A DNA stretch of 64,000 bases from Mustelus asterias. Taxonomy: Eukaryota. The notes beneath the pieces are model-generated. The model was not told the origin of the DNA. It saw only the letters and a program-made list of their open reading frames with translations, and did no database searches. Positions 1 to 12,117 of this stretch are shown in pieces (the first letter of the stretch is position 1; each line of letters opens with the position of its first letter). The DNA is taken from the NCBI RefSeq assembly GCF_964213995.1, contig NW_027590680.1:62001-126000 (forward strand), written 5' to 3'. The position numbers and the translations under genes are program-made.

Positions 1-332
1 CCACTGTGCTACCGTGCCGCCCCTTTTGGGACTCGCTTAGTGGTAAAAACTGAGCTGCATGGACAAGTTGGGCCAAAGGGCCTGTTTCCATGTTCTAAAC
101 CTCTATAACCTCCTAACATCCTGTCACTCTGTGATCCTTGTGAAATCTGAAACCAAGTATTCGCAACAAGACTCAAAGAGAATCAGCCCACTGGAGGCAA
201 AGTCATGAGACCCCAGTCCAGCAGAAAGAAACCCCCCGACCCTCCCCATTGACCAACTGTGAGAATGAACAAAATGCAGTCCTGGATGTAATTGAGAGCA
301 GAAACAATAACAGCAGAATCCAACCTCTGGAA

Positions 333-1007
333 TCACTCGTGAAATTGTTGGTGTCTCAGCAGCTGGGATGAAACTCTGAATCCCTTCCCACACTGAGAGC
401 AGGTGAACGGCCTCTCCCCAGTGTGAACTCGCTGGTGTATCCGCAGGCTGGATGAGTCAGTGAATCCCTTCCCACGCTGAGAGCAGGTGAATGGTTTCTC
501 CCCAGTGTGAACTCGCTGGTGCCTCCGCAGGCGGGATAAACAAATGAATCCCTTCTCACACTGAGAGCAGGTGAATGGTCTCTCCCCAGTGTGAACTCGC
601 TGGTGCACCTGCAGGTTCGATGAACAAGTGAATCTCTCCCCACACTGAGAGCAGGTGAATGGCTTCTCCCCAGTGTGAACTCGCTGGTGTGTCTGCAGGC
701 TGGATAACTGAGTGAATCCCTTCCCACACTGAGAGCAGGTGAACGGTCTCTCTCCAGTGTGAACTCGCTGGTGTGTCCGCAGGACGGATGACCGAGTGAA
801 TCCCTTCCCACACTGAGAGCAGATGAATGGTCTCTCTCCAGTGTGAACTTGCTGGTGTCTCTGCAGGCTGGATGACTGAATGAATCCCTTCTCACACTGA
901 GAGCAGGTGAATGGCCTCTCCCCAGTGTGGCTGCGCCGATGAGCTTCCAGCTCAGATGGGTAACTGTATCTCTTCCCACAGTCCCCACATTCCCATGGTT
1001 TCTCCAT
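333..1007 (-). CDS. C2H2 zinc-finger protein, 8 fingers (7th has CSQR instead of CSQC)
   Basis: ORF from ATG 1007 (MEKPWEC...) with TGERPF linkers; acceptor ttttacag|gata at ~1342; paralog of 15334-16008. Confidence 0.85.
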   Translation of the reverse strand: MEKPWECGDCGKRYSYPSELEAHRRSHTGERPFTCSQCEKGFIQSSSLQRHQQVHTGERPFICSQCGKGFTRSSVLRTHQRVHTGERPFTCSQCGKGFTQLSSLQTHQRVHTGEKPFTCSQCGERFTCSSNLQVHQRVHTGERPFTCSQCEKGFICLSRLRRHQRVHTGEKPFTCSQRGKGFTDSSSLRIHQRVHTGERPFTCSQCGKGFRVSSQLLRHQQFHE

Positions 1008-1410
1008 GGTGCAGGTGTCCTTGCCTCTCTCTTGGGTGGACAATCAGTTGAAGCCTCGTCCACGCTCACAACACAAGTACAGTCTCTCCCCGCTGTGAAT
1101 GATGTGATATTTATTCAGGCTGTGGAACTGGTTGAAACTCTTTAGTCCGTGCACTGGAAGACTCTCACTCGAGTGTGGCAGTGTGTTGGTCCTTTTCCAG
1201 TCAAACTGATGTCTGAAATCTTTTCAAATCATTTCTGCTTCTGGATTCAAAGTCCGATGATATTCAGCTCCCAAGGAATATGACTCTGTCAGATCTAGAC
1301 GTGACGTTTGAGATTTCGGCCTGTGATTCCTCTTTCAATATCCTGTAAAATGGGTTTGCAAAAGTCATCAGTGTCAGTACAGGATAGAAATTCAGAACAG
1401 ACAGTTCTAG

Positions 1411-2434
1411 GATTGCTTCTCTGAGTGGAGGCCTGTGACTAGTGGTGTGCCGCAGGGATCGGTGTTGGGTCCATTGTTGTTTGTCATCTATATCAATGAT
1501 CTGGATGATAATGTGGTAAATTGGATCAGCAAGTTTGCTAATGATACAAAGATTGGAGGTGTAGTGGACAGTGAGGAAGGTTTTCAAAGCTTGCAGAGGG
1601 ATTTGGACCAACTAGAAAAATGGGCTGAAAAATGGCAAATGGAATTTAACGCAGACAAGTGTGAGATATTGCACTTTGGAAGGACAAACCAAAGAAGAAC
1701 GTACAGGGTAAATGGTAGGACTCTGAAGAGTGCAGTTGAACAGAGGGATCTGGGAATACAGGTACAGAATTCCCTAAAAGTGATGTCACAGGTAGATAGG
1801 GTCGTAAAGAGTGTCTTTGGTACATTGGCCTTCATAAATCGGAGTATCGAGTATAAAAGTTGGAGCGTTATGGTAAGGTTATATAAGGCATTGGTGAGGC
1901 CGAATCTGGAGTATTGTGTACAGTTTTGCTCACCTAGTTACAGGAAGGATGTTAATAAGGTTGAAAGAGTGCAGAGAAGGTTCACAAGGATGTTGCTGGG
2001 ACTTGAGAAGCTGAGTTACAGAGAGAGATTGAAGAGGTTGCGACTTTATTCCCTGGAGCGTAGAAGATTGAGGGGAGATTTGATAGAGGTGTATAAGATT
2101 TTGATGGGTATAGATAGAGTGAATGCAGGCAGGCTCTTTCCGCTGAGGCTCGGGGAGAAAAAAACCAGAGGGCATGGGTTAAGGGTGAAAGGAGAAAAGT
2201 TTAAAAGGAATATTAGGGGGGGCTTCTTCACGCAGAGAGTGGTGGGAGTGTGGAATGAGCTGCCAGATAAAGTGGTAAATGCTTTTAACATTTAAGAAAA
2301 ACTTGGATGGGTTCATGGATGAGAGGGGAGTGGAGGGATATGGTCCAAGTGCAGGTCAGTGGGACTAGGCATAAAATGGTTCGGCACAGACAAGAAGGGC
2401 CAAAAGGCCTGTTTCTGAGCTGTAATTTTCTATG
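1411..2434 (+). mobile_element. 5'-truncated CR1 (HER1-like) LINE in a ZNF intron
   Basis: ORF 1435-2295 with [10 protein letters not shown] and FANDTK RT motifs; ttctatg tail; gttctag duplicated at 1404-1410 and 2435-2441. Confidence 0.93.
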
Positions 2435-3014
2435 GTTCTAGTTTCTATGGAACATTCTTTCCTATTTCAGTCCCAAAAAGCTGTAAATCTCCATCCCACA
2501 CACTCTCCCTCCATTCTCACTCTGCTGTATCTAATATTCACCCTCCCAATTCTCCTGAAGGTGCTGATTGAGGCTGATTGACAGATCCATGCTCACTGCT
2601 TCCTGTCCTGGACACAGAGACCATAACAAATAGGAGCTGCAGTCGGCCATTTGGCCCATCGAGCCTTTTAAACTATTCAATGAGATAATTTGTTCATCTA
2701 CCTCAGCATCATTCTCCCCACACTAAACCCATATCCCTTGATATCCTCAATATCTGGAAACCAATCAATCTCTCTCTTGAAAATAGTTGATGACTGAGGC
2801 TTCACTGTCCTCAGGGGTTGAGAATTCCAAAGCTTTACCACATCTTGAGTGAAGAAATCCCCCCACATCTTAGCTTTTGCTCCATCTTCTTGTCTGTTCC
2901 CCATAACTCTTGACACCATTGTCAGTCAAAGATCTGTCGAACTGGAATATATTCAATGATCCTCAGCTTCCACTGGTCACTGTGGAAGAGAAATCCTCTG
3001 AGAGAATAGACCTG

Positions 3015-3230
3015 CAGGGTCTATTCGGGCCGTGCGGCCGACAGCGGGTGTTTGTGAAGCCAGAGCTCCCTCCCGACCCCGACTCCCGGCTACATTTCTC
3101 CCGCAGCCCCACCAACTCACCCGCTGAAAAAAGCGTCTCCCCCATTCACAGGACTCCGAGCAAAGTGACACTGCGCATGCTCCAGATACAGCACTGCGCC
3201 TGCGCAATAGGCTCCTGTGGAATGACTAGG
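3015..3230 (-). promoter_or_regulatory. CpG-rich ZNF promoter/exon-1 remnant
   Basis: tgcgcatgc NRF1-like site; actcac (gtgagt donor on minus strand); similar to 19280-19475. Confidence 0.5.
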
Positions 3231-3245
3231 GCACATTCACAACCG

Positions 3246-3780
3246 GGTATCTGTAGCTCTTCCTACAGTCCACACATTTCCATGGTTTCTCCATGATGCA
3301 GGTGTCCTTACCTCTCTCTTGGGTGGACAATTAGTTGAAACTTCGTCCACACACAGAACAAGATTACAGTCTCTCCCCGCTGTGAATGGTGTGATATTTA
3401 TTCAGACTGTGTAACTCGTTAAAGCTCTTTAGTCAGTGCATTGGAACACACTCACCCGAGTGTGGCAGTGTGTTGGTGCTTTTTCATTCACACTGACATT
3501 TCAAATCTTTTCAAATTGACAGGCTGGACAATCACTTCTCCTTCTGGATTCAAAGTCCGATGATCTTGAGGTCCCAAGGAATATGACTCTGTCTGATCGA
3601 GACGTGACGTTTGAGATTTCGGCCTGTGATTCCTCTTTCAATATCCTGTAAAATGTGTTTCCAAAAGTCATCAGTGTCAGTACAGGATAGAAATTCAGAA
3701 CAGACAATTTCTATGGAACATTCTTTCCTCTCTCATTCCCCAAAAGCTGTAAATCTCCATCCCACACACTCTCTCCCCAT
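3246..3780 (-). pseudogene. Partial duplicate of the 5' part of a ZNF coding exon plus intron
   Basis: Similar to 960-1410 and 2440-2520; ends within the first finger. Confidence 0.75.
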
Positions 3781-3968
3781 TCTCAGCAGGTCTGGCAGCA
3801 TCTGTATGGAGAGAAAATAACTGATGTTTCAGAGCTTTGACAAAGGGTCATCCAGACAAGAAACATCAGCTCTTTTCTCTCCTTACAGATGCTGCCAGAC
3901 CTGCTGAGATTTTCCAGCATTTTCTCTCTTGGTTTCAGATTCCAGCATCCGCAGTAATTTGCTTTTAT
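3781..3968. mobile_element. Penelope terminal-repeat remnant (family 2, inverted arrangement)
   Basis: ctcagcaggtctggcagcatct ... agatgctgccagacctgctgag inverted repeat; degenerate hammerhead core ttgacaa...gaaac. Confidence 0.65.
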
Positions 3969-3994
3969 AAGGCTGCAGATACCTCCTCCCAAGT

Positions 3995-4700
3995 AACATG
4001 CGTGTGCCCAAGACATCACCACTTGTTTCCCTTATTTCTTTCGCACCCATGGTGCTCTCCGCAGTAAACACAGAGGAGAAGTATTCATTAAAAATCTCAC
4101 CCATCTCCTGTGGCTCCACACACAGATGGCCATACTGATTTTTAAGGGGATCTATTCGCTCTCTAGCCACCCTTTTACTCTTAATATAGTGATAGAACCT
4201 CTTGGAATTTTCTTTAATCTTACCTGCCAGATCCATATCATAACCTCTTTTTGTCCCCCTGATTTCCCTCTTCAGTATTTTCTTACACTTTTTATAATCA
4301 GAGTGATTCACTTGTCCCCGATTGCCTAAACCCAATGTATGCTTCCTTCTTTTACCTGACCAGAGCCTCAATGTCCCTTGTCTGCCAGAGATCCCTAAAT
4401 TTACCATTCTTTCCCTGCATCTTAACAGGAATATACTGCCCCTGGACTCTTGATATCACACTTTTAAAACCTCCCAATTGCCAGTCATTCCTTTCCCTTC
4501 AAACAAATTCACCTAATCGACATCTGCTAGATCCTGCCCATTGCCCACAAAAGTGGCCCTGCTCCAGTTTAGGGCCTTGACCTGTGGACCTGTCCTATCT
4601 TTTTCCAGAACTATTTTGAAACTATTGGTGCTCCCAATAGTGCTCCCTGACTGACACTTCAGTCACTTGCTCCACCTCATTTCTTAACTGTCTAATAGAA
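3995..4700 (-). mobile_element. CR1 LINE internal fragment (endonuclease-RT linker)
   Basis: ORF 3883-4407 contains KIKENSKRFYHYIKSKR and EIFNEYFSSVFT. Confidence 0.8.
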
Positions 4701-4857
4701 AGTGAGTCCAGGAATTGATAATGAAAAATAAGGAGCTGGGAGATGAATTGAACAAGTATTTTGCTTTGGTGTTCACAATAGAGGATACAGTTAAAACTCA
4801 AAAACAGCTGGAAATCAGAATAGCAATTAATTAATAATAATGAATAATAAAATACAA

Positions 4858-5146
4858 TGTAGAAGGAGGCCATTCAGCCCATCGAGCCTGCACCGACAAC
4901 AATCCCATCCAGGCCCTATCCACATATTTACCTGTTAATCCCCCTGATACCAAGTGACAATTTATCGTGGCCAATCCGTCTAACCGGCACATCTTTGGAC
5001 TGTGGAAGGAAACCGGAACACCCGGAGGAAACCCACACAGACACGGGGAGAATGTAGAAACTCTGCACAGACAGCGATCCGAGGCTGGAATTGAACCCGG
5101 ATCCCTGGCGCTGTTAGGCAGCTGCACTAACCACTGTGCCACCGGG
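4858..5146 (-). mobile_element. HE1-type tRNA-derived SINE
   Basis: Reverse complement reads gtggcacagtggttagtgcagctgcc...gggttcaattcc followed by the V-SINE body and a CR1-like tail. Confidence 0.85.
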
Positions 5147-5199
5147 CCACATGTCAGTGCCATCGCCCAACTCCAGCCCTGTGTCAGCTCATCTGGAAC

Positions 5200-5502
5200 C
5201 CTCACCCATTCCATTGTGATGTCACACTCTGACCAATTCCATTGTGATGTCACACTCTCACCCATTCCATTGTAACATCACTCTCACCCATTCCATTGTG
5301 ACCTCACACCCTCACCCATTCCATTGCGACGTCACAGTCTCACCCATTCCATTGTGACGTCACACCCTCACCCATTCCATTGTGACGTCACACCCTCACC
5401 CATTCCATTGTGACGTCACACTCTCACCCATTCCATTGTGACGTCACACTCTCACCCATTCCATTGTGATGTCACACCCTCACCCATTCCATTGTGACGT
5501 CA
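5200..5502. repeat. 28-bp minisatellite (~11 units) containing CRE palindromes
   Basis: Unit ctcacccattccattgtgacgtcacac(c/t); TGACGTCA at 5355, 5383, 5411, 5439, 5495. Confidence 0.92.
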
Positions 5503-5579
5503 GGGCTTCACCCTCCAATCACAATCCCTGCCGGCCTCCCACATGCAGCCTCAATGGCGGCAGTCAGCCCGGGTCTAAC

Positions 5580-5990
5580 ACTACAAGCTGCCGCTCCATT
5601 TGGTACAAAGGGGGGGACCGGGAAGTTCATTTCCGGGGTTTGGGTTTGAACAACATGTTTACAAAGCCTCTCCACCCACCCGCCACATTTATCATTCCCC
5701 GCACGCCGCCCTCTACCTCGTATTGATCTCGCTTCCAGGTTAAAAGCGTCCGTCCGTCGCCATTACCCGCACTGCGCATGCTTCAGGTCCCGCCCCTCAT
5801 TCACTCCGATTGGTTGGAGGACCAGCCGCTCCCGCTCGGTCCTCCAGCCCCGCCCCCTCTTCCTATTGGTCCGGAGCTGCCGTTAAACAGTCCCCGGGCA
5901 TTGTGATGTGGAGCATGCGCAGTGTCATTGCTGTCCTTGGCGCTTGTTTGTCCCGGAGAAGCGGAGTCAGCGTTAGGCGGTGGCTGGGAG
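5580..5990 (+). promoter_or_regulatory. CpG-island ZNF promoter
   Basis: ctgcgcatgc and gcatgcgcag NRF1-like sites, GC boxes, ATTGG boxes; paralogous to 52840-53250 and (inverted) 44500-44650. Confidence 0.7.
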
Positions 5991-6349
5991 GATTTGGAAA
6001 CACTTTGTGGATCCGCAAACCCTTCAGAATCATTGTCAGCTCCCTGGTTTGCAGCTGCGGGGCTTCTCCCTCCCTCCCTCCCGGGAACAGGCCCAGGTTA
6101 ACGGCCCCATCCTGGCTCAGCCACTGGAGGATGGTTCACATCAGAGGATGGGGGAGGGGGACAATAAATAAGAGGTTACACTTTGGCCTCAAATCAATGA
6201 GGACTCTGATCTCTGGGAAGGAAGGAAACCCTGGGAGGTGGGCGGGGAGGATTCACAAACACCCTCTGGAGGCCCCAACACCCCCAATAAGACCCATTGG
6301 TTTTAGTGTCAGTCTGCAGACAGCAGCTGGAGAACTGAACCCAGTAAGA

Positions 6350-6510
6350 GTTTTAACAACACCAGGTTAAAGTCCAACAGGTTTATTTGGTAGCAAATGC
6401 CATTAGCTACCATTAGGTGTTTGCTACCAAATAAACCTGTTGGACTTTAACCTGGTGTTGTTAAAACTCTTACTGTGTTCACCCCAGTCCAACGCCGGCA
6501 TCTCCACATC
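6350..6510. mobile_element. Penelope terminal-repeat foldback remnant (family 1)
   Basis: aacaacaccaggttaaagtccaacaggtttatttggtagc and its inverted copy gctaccaaataaacctgttggactttaacctggtgttgtt. Confidence 0.7.
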
Positions 6511-7068
6511 AGAACTGAACCCAGACAGAGGAGAGGGAAGGAGCAAACTGGGAGTGGAGAAAAGAAATGGTGAGATGGGTTTGGATTTCAGCCCAGGGAG
6601 GAGGGAGGGTGTGTGGGACAGGAATTTATTGATTTGGGGAACAAGAGAGGAAGAAATGTTCCAGAGAATTAGAATTGCCTGTTCAAAATTTCTATCCTGG
6701 ACTGACAGTGATTAATTTTGTAAACTCCTTTTACAGGTGAGGTGAAGAAACATCACATCAAAATCAGACAGAGTCTCGATTCACTTGGACTTAAATATCC
6801 TCAGACTTTGAACGTGGAAGGAGAAATGTTTGTCTTCTGTCTGGAGGAGAAGATTTCAAACATCAGTGTGACAGAAAAAGCACCAAGATACACGCACACC
6901 CGAGTGAGAGTGTTTCAGTGAGTTGACTGTGGAAAGAGCTTTATCCAGTTACGCAGCCTTAAAAAACATCACACCATTCACAGCAAGGAGAAACTGTACA
7001 CGTGTTGTGTGTGTGGATGAGGCTTCAACTGATCGTTTAACCTGGAGAAACATAAGGACACCAGTATC

Positions 7069-7969
7069 ATGGAGAAACCGTGGAAATGTGGGGACTGTGG
7101 GAAAGGATTCAGTTACCCTTCTCTGCTGGAAAACCATCGGCGCAGTCACACTGGTGAGAGACCGTTCACCTGTTCTGTCTGTGGGGAGGGATTCATTCAG
7201 TCATCGGGCCTTTGGTCTCACCAGAGAATTCACACTGAGGAAAAGCCATTCACCTGCACCTCCTGTGGGAAGAGGTTCAGGCATTCTTCAGCACTCACTG
7301 TGCACCAACACACTCACACCGGGGAGAGACCATTCATCTGCTCCGTGTGTGGGAAGGGATTCACTCAGTCATTCCACCTGCTGTCACACCAGCGAGTTCA
7401 TTCTGGGGAGAGGCCGTTCACCTGCTCCGACTGTGGGAAGTGATTCACTGGGTCATCCCACTTACTGTCACACCAGCGAGTTCACATTGAGGAGAAGCCA
7501 TTCAGCTGCACTGACTGTGGACGGAGTTTCAGACAGGCATCCTCCCTCGTTGCACACCAGCGAATTCACACTGGGGAGAGACCGTTTACTTGCTTTGTGT
7601 GTGGAAAGGGATTCACAGTTTTACCCACCCTGCTGAGACACCAGAAAATTCACACTGAAGAGAAGCCATTCAGCTGCACTGACTGTGGAAAGAATTTCAG
7701 GCAGTCATCCAACCTCACTGCTCACCGACGCACTCACACTGCAGAAAGACCATTCACATGCTCCGTGTGTGGGAAGGGATTCAATCGGCCAACCAACCTC
7801 TCTGCTCACCAGCGAATTCACACAGGGGAGAGGCCATTCACTTGCTCCGTGTGTAGGTGGCTGGCTCACCAACGCACTCACACTAAGAGGCCATTCAACT
7901 GCTCTGTGTGTGGGAAGGGATTCACTCAGTCACAATGACTCCTGAGACATCAGCAAGTTCATAAGTGAC
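7069..7969 (+). pseudogene. C2H2 ZNF pseudogene or truncated gene (~11 fingers)
   Basis: MEKPWKC ORF stops at in-frame TGA 7441-7443; fingers continue in frame; internal deletion at ~7858. Confidence 0.8.
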
Positions 7970-9244
7970 TGCAGGGTTTGGAATCTGCTGTTTTTGCTGC
8001 TGTTCAGTATTGACAGTCTGACAATATTTTATTTCTGCTGGTGTTAACAAACCCTATAACTAGCTGGAATTTAATATTCTGGAAGTGTCACTGATTTTCA
8101 GGGCTGCAATGTCACTTTTTAAAAGCACCACCAGTGATCTTCCCCCTTAATTGAAGAACTCCCAACAGGAACCTGTTTAGAATAAAGTTAAGAACTTTTG
8201 CTTCAATTCTAATTTGATCTTTGGGCAAAATCTACAATTCATTCTCTGAAAGATCCATCTGCAGGGCACAAAGTATTTATTTTCAATGCTTGTATTGAGA
8301 TTTTCTGGAAAGCTACTCATTGATTTTTAAGGGCTATTTTTTGGTTTCCAAGGGATCGTTTTCCATTCTCAGTAACTCCTTTATTAGTGATGTAGTCACG
8401 TAGTAACATTACCTTTTGTGTTTCTGTTAGTTTACTTCTTTGAATAAGATAACACAAATACTGAAGACTGTGTATATATTAAATCTTTTAAATTGGAATC
8501 TATGAATGATATGTTTTGTTAACTCATTTTAAAAATACTCCCATACTCTCTTTCCAAAATGAGAATTCTAACTATTTGACACAAGGTAACTGAATCAGAT
8601 GTTTACTGGTTCAGACGGTGGAGCAGGAAAAATCTCTCCCGATTCTGATCTTCATTGTGTGTGGATTTACATTGATAACCCATCAATAACCTCACTACAC
8701 CAGCTGAGATCAGCTCTGACCGGGGATTCTGTATGTTGTCTGTGAACGTTAAACTGCAAATAAAAGCAGTTTAGAATATGAACCTGGATGAATGGATCTC
8801 AATTTCTAATGTGATGACCCAAGTGATTGGTAAGTACATTCACAATATCTGGTTACTCAAATTCCTGAGTTGTAAACCCCACCTCCTGAGATATATAAAA
8901 ATAATCGAGACTTGTTCAGCAGAATGGGGAAAGGTCTGCCGATGGTTGGATCATTCCTTTTGAGGCTCACACTGCTATGAAACTAGTTCTGTAGCAGGAA
9001 GACACAACTCCTCCACACATCACCGATAGGCTGCTGTGTCAGTGAACTTCTTTTCTCAAAATAGGTGGCAAAGCTGTTCCTCCAATTTGAGACTCTGTCT
9101 CTGCAGATGCAGCAACATTGGGAGAGACAGAAAATCTGTGGTTGGAGGAGATGGTCCTCACAGTTTCTGTCTCTCCCATGTTGAGGATGATTTATTTTTT
9201 CCAGTAGTTCCTCACAAGACTTAATTTCTGCAGGCCTTTTGGCA

Positions 9245-9835
9245 AGTCATGTTGCCGCTTTATAGAACCTCAGATAGGTTGCACTTGGAATATAGTGTTC
9301 AATTCTGGTCGCCACACTACCAGAAGGATGTGGAGGCTTTGGAGAGGGTGGAGAGGGTACAGAAAAGATCTACCAGAATGTTGCCTGGCATGGAGGGCAT
9401 TAGCTATGAGGAGAGGTTGGAGAAACTTGGTTTGTTCTCACTGGAACAACGCAGGTTGAGGGCGATCTGACAAAGTCTACAAGATTGTGAGGGGCTTGGG
9501 CAGAGTGGATAGAAGCTTTTTCCCAGGGTAGAAGAGTCAATTACTCGGGGGCATAGGTTTAAGGTGCGAGGGGCAAGGTTTAAAGGAGATGTACGAGGCA
9601 GATTTTTTACCCAGAGGGTGGTGGGTGCCTGGAACTCGCTGCCGGGGGAGGTAGTGGAAGCGGATACAGTAGTGAGTTTTAAGGGGCGTCTTGACAAATA
9701 CATGAATAGGATGTGAATGGAGGGATATGGTCCCTAGAAGGGTAGGGGGTTTTAGTTCAGTCGGGCAGCGTGGTTGGTGCAGGCTTGGAGGGCTAAAGGG
9801 GGTGTTCCTGTGCTGTAATTTTCTTTGTTTTCTTT
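9245..9835 (+). mobile_element. CR1 3' fragment
   Basis: HLEYSVQFWSPHYQKDVEALERV and a CR1 3' UTR. Confidence 0.85.
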
Positions 9836-11266
9836 TGAGGGTGAATTCACCATCCACAGCCGTTCATTTTGAATACTGGTTCTGAAATATTCTCACTCTG
9901 CGTTTAAGGCTTCCTGGCGTAATACACAGATTTAGATCTTACCACCAAACACCAATTCATATCCTCATCCGAGTCCCAGATTTAAATGTGGTTGTCCAAA
10001 CTAGAAAACATATATAATTTGACTCTTTTTAAACCTGATTCACCACACCCTGCCACACTAACTACAAGAGATCGTGTTTGGGACCAGTTGTTCCATTAAA
10101 GTCTGTGTTGTTCTCAATGATGACAGTTTTAACCTCTCCATAACCTGTCCTAACCCTTCTGCCCTCCAGGGGGCTCTGTTTTTCTGATGGTGACATTCCC
10201 TGTTTACCCAGTCAGCCCTTGAATTGTTTGTGAATCCAGTCACATGTCGGTTAGACTGGATCAGGGCGGCAGATTTCCTTCCTTAAAGGGCATTAGAGAA
10301 CCAGATGTGTTTTTACAACAATTAATTCATGCTCATCAATATTTTTATTGAAACGTGGTGGGATTCAAACCCAGGTCCCAAAATCATTATAATAAATAGA
10401 GAAAATGCTGGATAAACTCAGCAGATGCTGGAGTTCTTTTCAGAACTCCAGCATCTGCTGGATTTTGCTTTACCTCCAAATCATTCTCCTGGATTACTCC
10501 TGCTCTGGCTCTAATTCCAGTCAGCTCAGACAATAAAAACAGGTTTCACAAAATCACAAACATTTAAAAAAGGAGGGAGACAAAAGGCAGGTAACTATAG
10601 GCTGGTTAGCTTAACTTCTGTCGGAGGGAAAATGTTGGATCTATCATCAGGGAAGAAATAGCGAGACATCTGGATATAAATTGTCCCATGGGTAAGACGC
10701 AGCATGGGTTCATGAAGGGCAGGTCATGTTTGACTAATTTGGTGGAATTCTTTGAGAACATTACATGTGCACTGGACAATGGGGAACTTGTGGATGTGGT
10801 GTATCTGGATTTCCAGAAGGCATTTGACAAGGTGCCGCACCAAAGACGCTACATAAGATAAAGGTGCACAGTGTTACGGGTAATGTATTAGCATGGATAG
10901 AGGATTGGTTAACTAACGAAAAGCAAAGTGTGGGGGTAAATGGGTGTTTTTCTGGTTGGCGATCAGTGACTAGTGGTGTGCCTCAGGGATCAGTGTTGGG
11001 ATCGCAATTGTTTACGATTTACATAGATGATTTGGAGTTGGGGACCAAGTGTAGTGTTTCAAAATTCGCAGATGACACTAAGAGAAAAGTGTGCCGAGGA
11101 CGCTGAAAGTCTGCAAAGGGATATAGATAATCGAAGTGAGTGGGCGAGGGTCTGGCAGATGGAGTACAATGTTGGTAAATGTGAGGTCATCCATTTTGGT
11201 AGGAATAACAGCAAAATGGACTATTATTTAAATGGTAAAAAATTGCAGCATGCTGCTGTGCAGAGG

Positions 11267-12117
11267 CCAAGCTGATTGGAGGAGGGAAAGCAATTCCTCC
11301 TCCAAGACTTAATCTCATTTGCATCTCAGCCAAAAGGCCGTGATACTGCTTTTAAAAATTGCTTCATATGAAACATATGAAGCTTCAATGTAACCTAATG
11401 ACCTCAAACAAACCTCTGCAAGATGTGCTGGATCATTGACACGGATGCCATCATCTCACGTGAGAACACCATCTACCAGGTACACGGTACCTACTCTTGC
11501 AACTCGGCCAACGTTGTCTACCTGATACGCTGCAGGAAAGGATGTCCCAAGGCATGGTACATTGGGGAAACCATGCAGACACTACGACAACGGATGAATG
11601 AACACCACTCGACAATCACCAGGCAAGACTGTTCTCTTCCTGTGGGGGAGCACTTCAGCAGTCACAGGCATTCAGCCTTGGATCTTCAGGTAAGCGTTCT
11701 CCAAGGCGGCCTTCACGACACACGACAGCGCAGTCGCTGAGCAGAAACTGATAGCCAAGTTCCGCACACATGAGGACGGCCGAAACCGGGATGTTGGATT
11801 TATGTCACATCATCAGTAACACCCACAGCTTGCCTCCTGGGCTTGTAGAATCTCACTAGCTGTTCTGTCTGGAGACAATACACATTTCTTTAACCTGTGT
11901 TTAATTTTCCCTCCACTCACATTGTCTGTACCTTTAAGACCTGGCTGGCTGGAGGATTCACATTCTAATCAGTATTCTGCAATTTGATTTTGTCTGTTTG
12001 CACTGTTTGAGAGCACATTTCCACTCCATCTGACGAAGGAGCAGTGCTCCGAAAGCTTATGGTATTTGCTACCAAATAAACCTGTTGGACTTTAACCTGC
12101 TGTTGTGAGACTTCTTA
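11267..12117 (+). mobile_element. 5'-truncated Penelope-like element with GIY-YIG endonuclease end and terminal repeat
   Basis: ORF 11423-11740 NVVYLIRCRKGCPKAWYIGET...RMNEH; 13-bp duplication tgctgtgcagagg at 11254-11266 and 12118-12130. Confidence 0.88.
12026..12062 (+). ncRNA. Minimal type I hammerhead ribozyme motif (Penelope)
   Basis: ccat-CUGACGA-a-ggagca/tgctcc-GAAA-gcUU|atgg; stem I ccat/atgg. Confidence 0.75.

Noticed and set aside
356-1069. Long alternative-frame ORFs over ZNF arrays ([21 protein letters not shown] and [20 protein letters not shown] types; also 6923-7636, 15357-16064 and others)
   Set aside because: Expected by-product of 84-bp finger repeats with biased codons; no independent evidence of coding.
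5200-5502. 28-bp repeat as a CRISPR array
   Set aside because: Units are contiguous with no unique spacers, there are no cas genes, and the DNA is eukaryotic.
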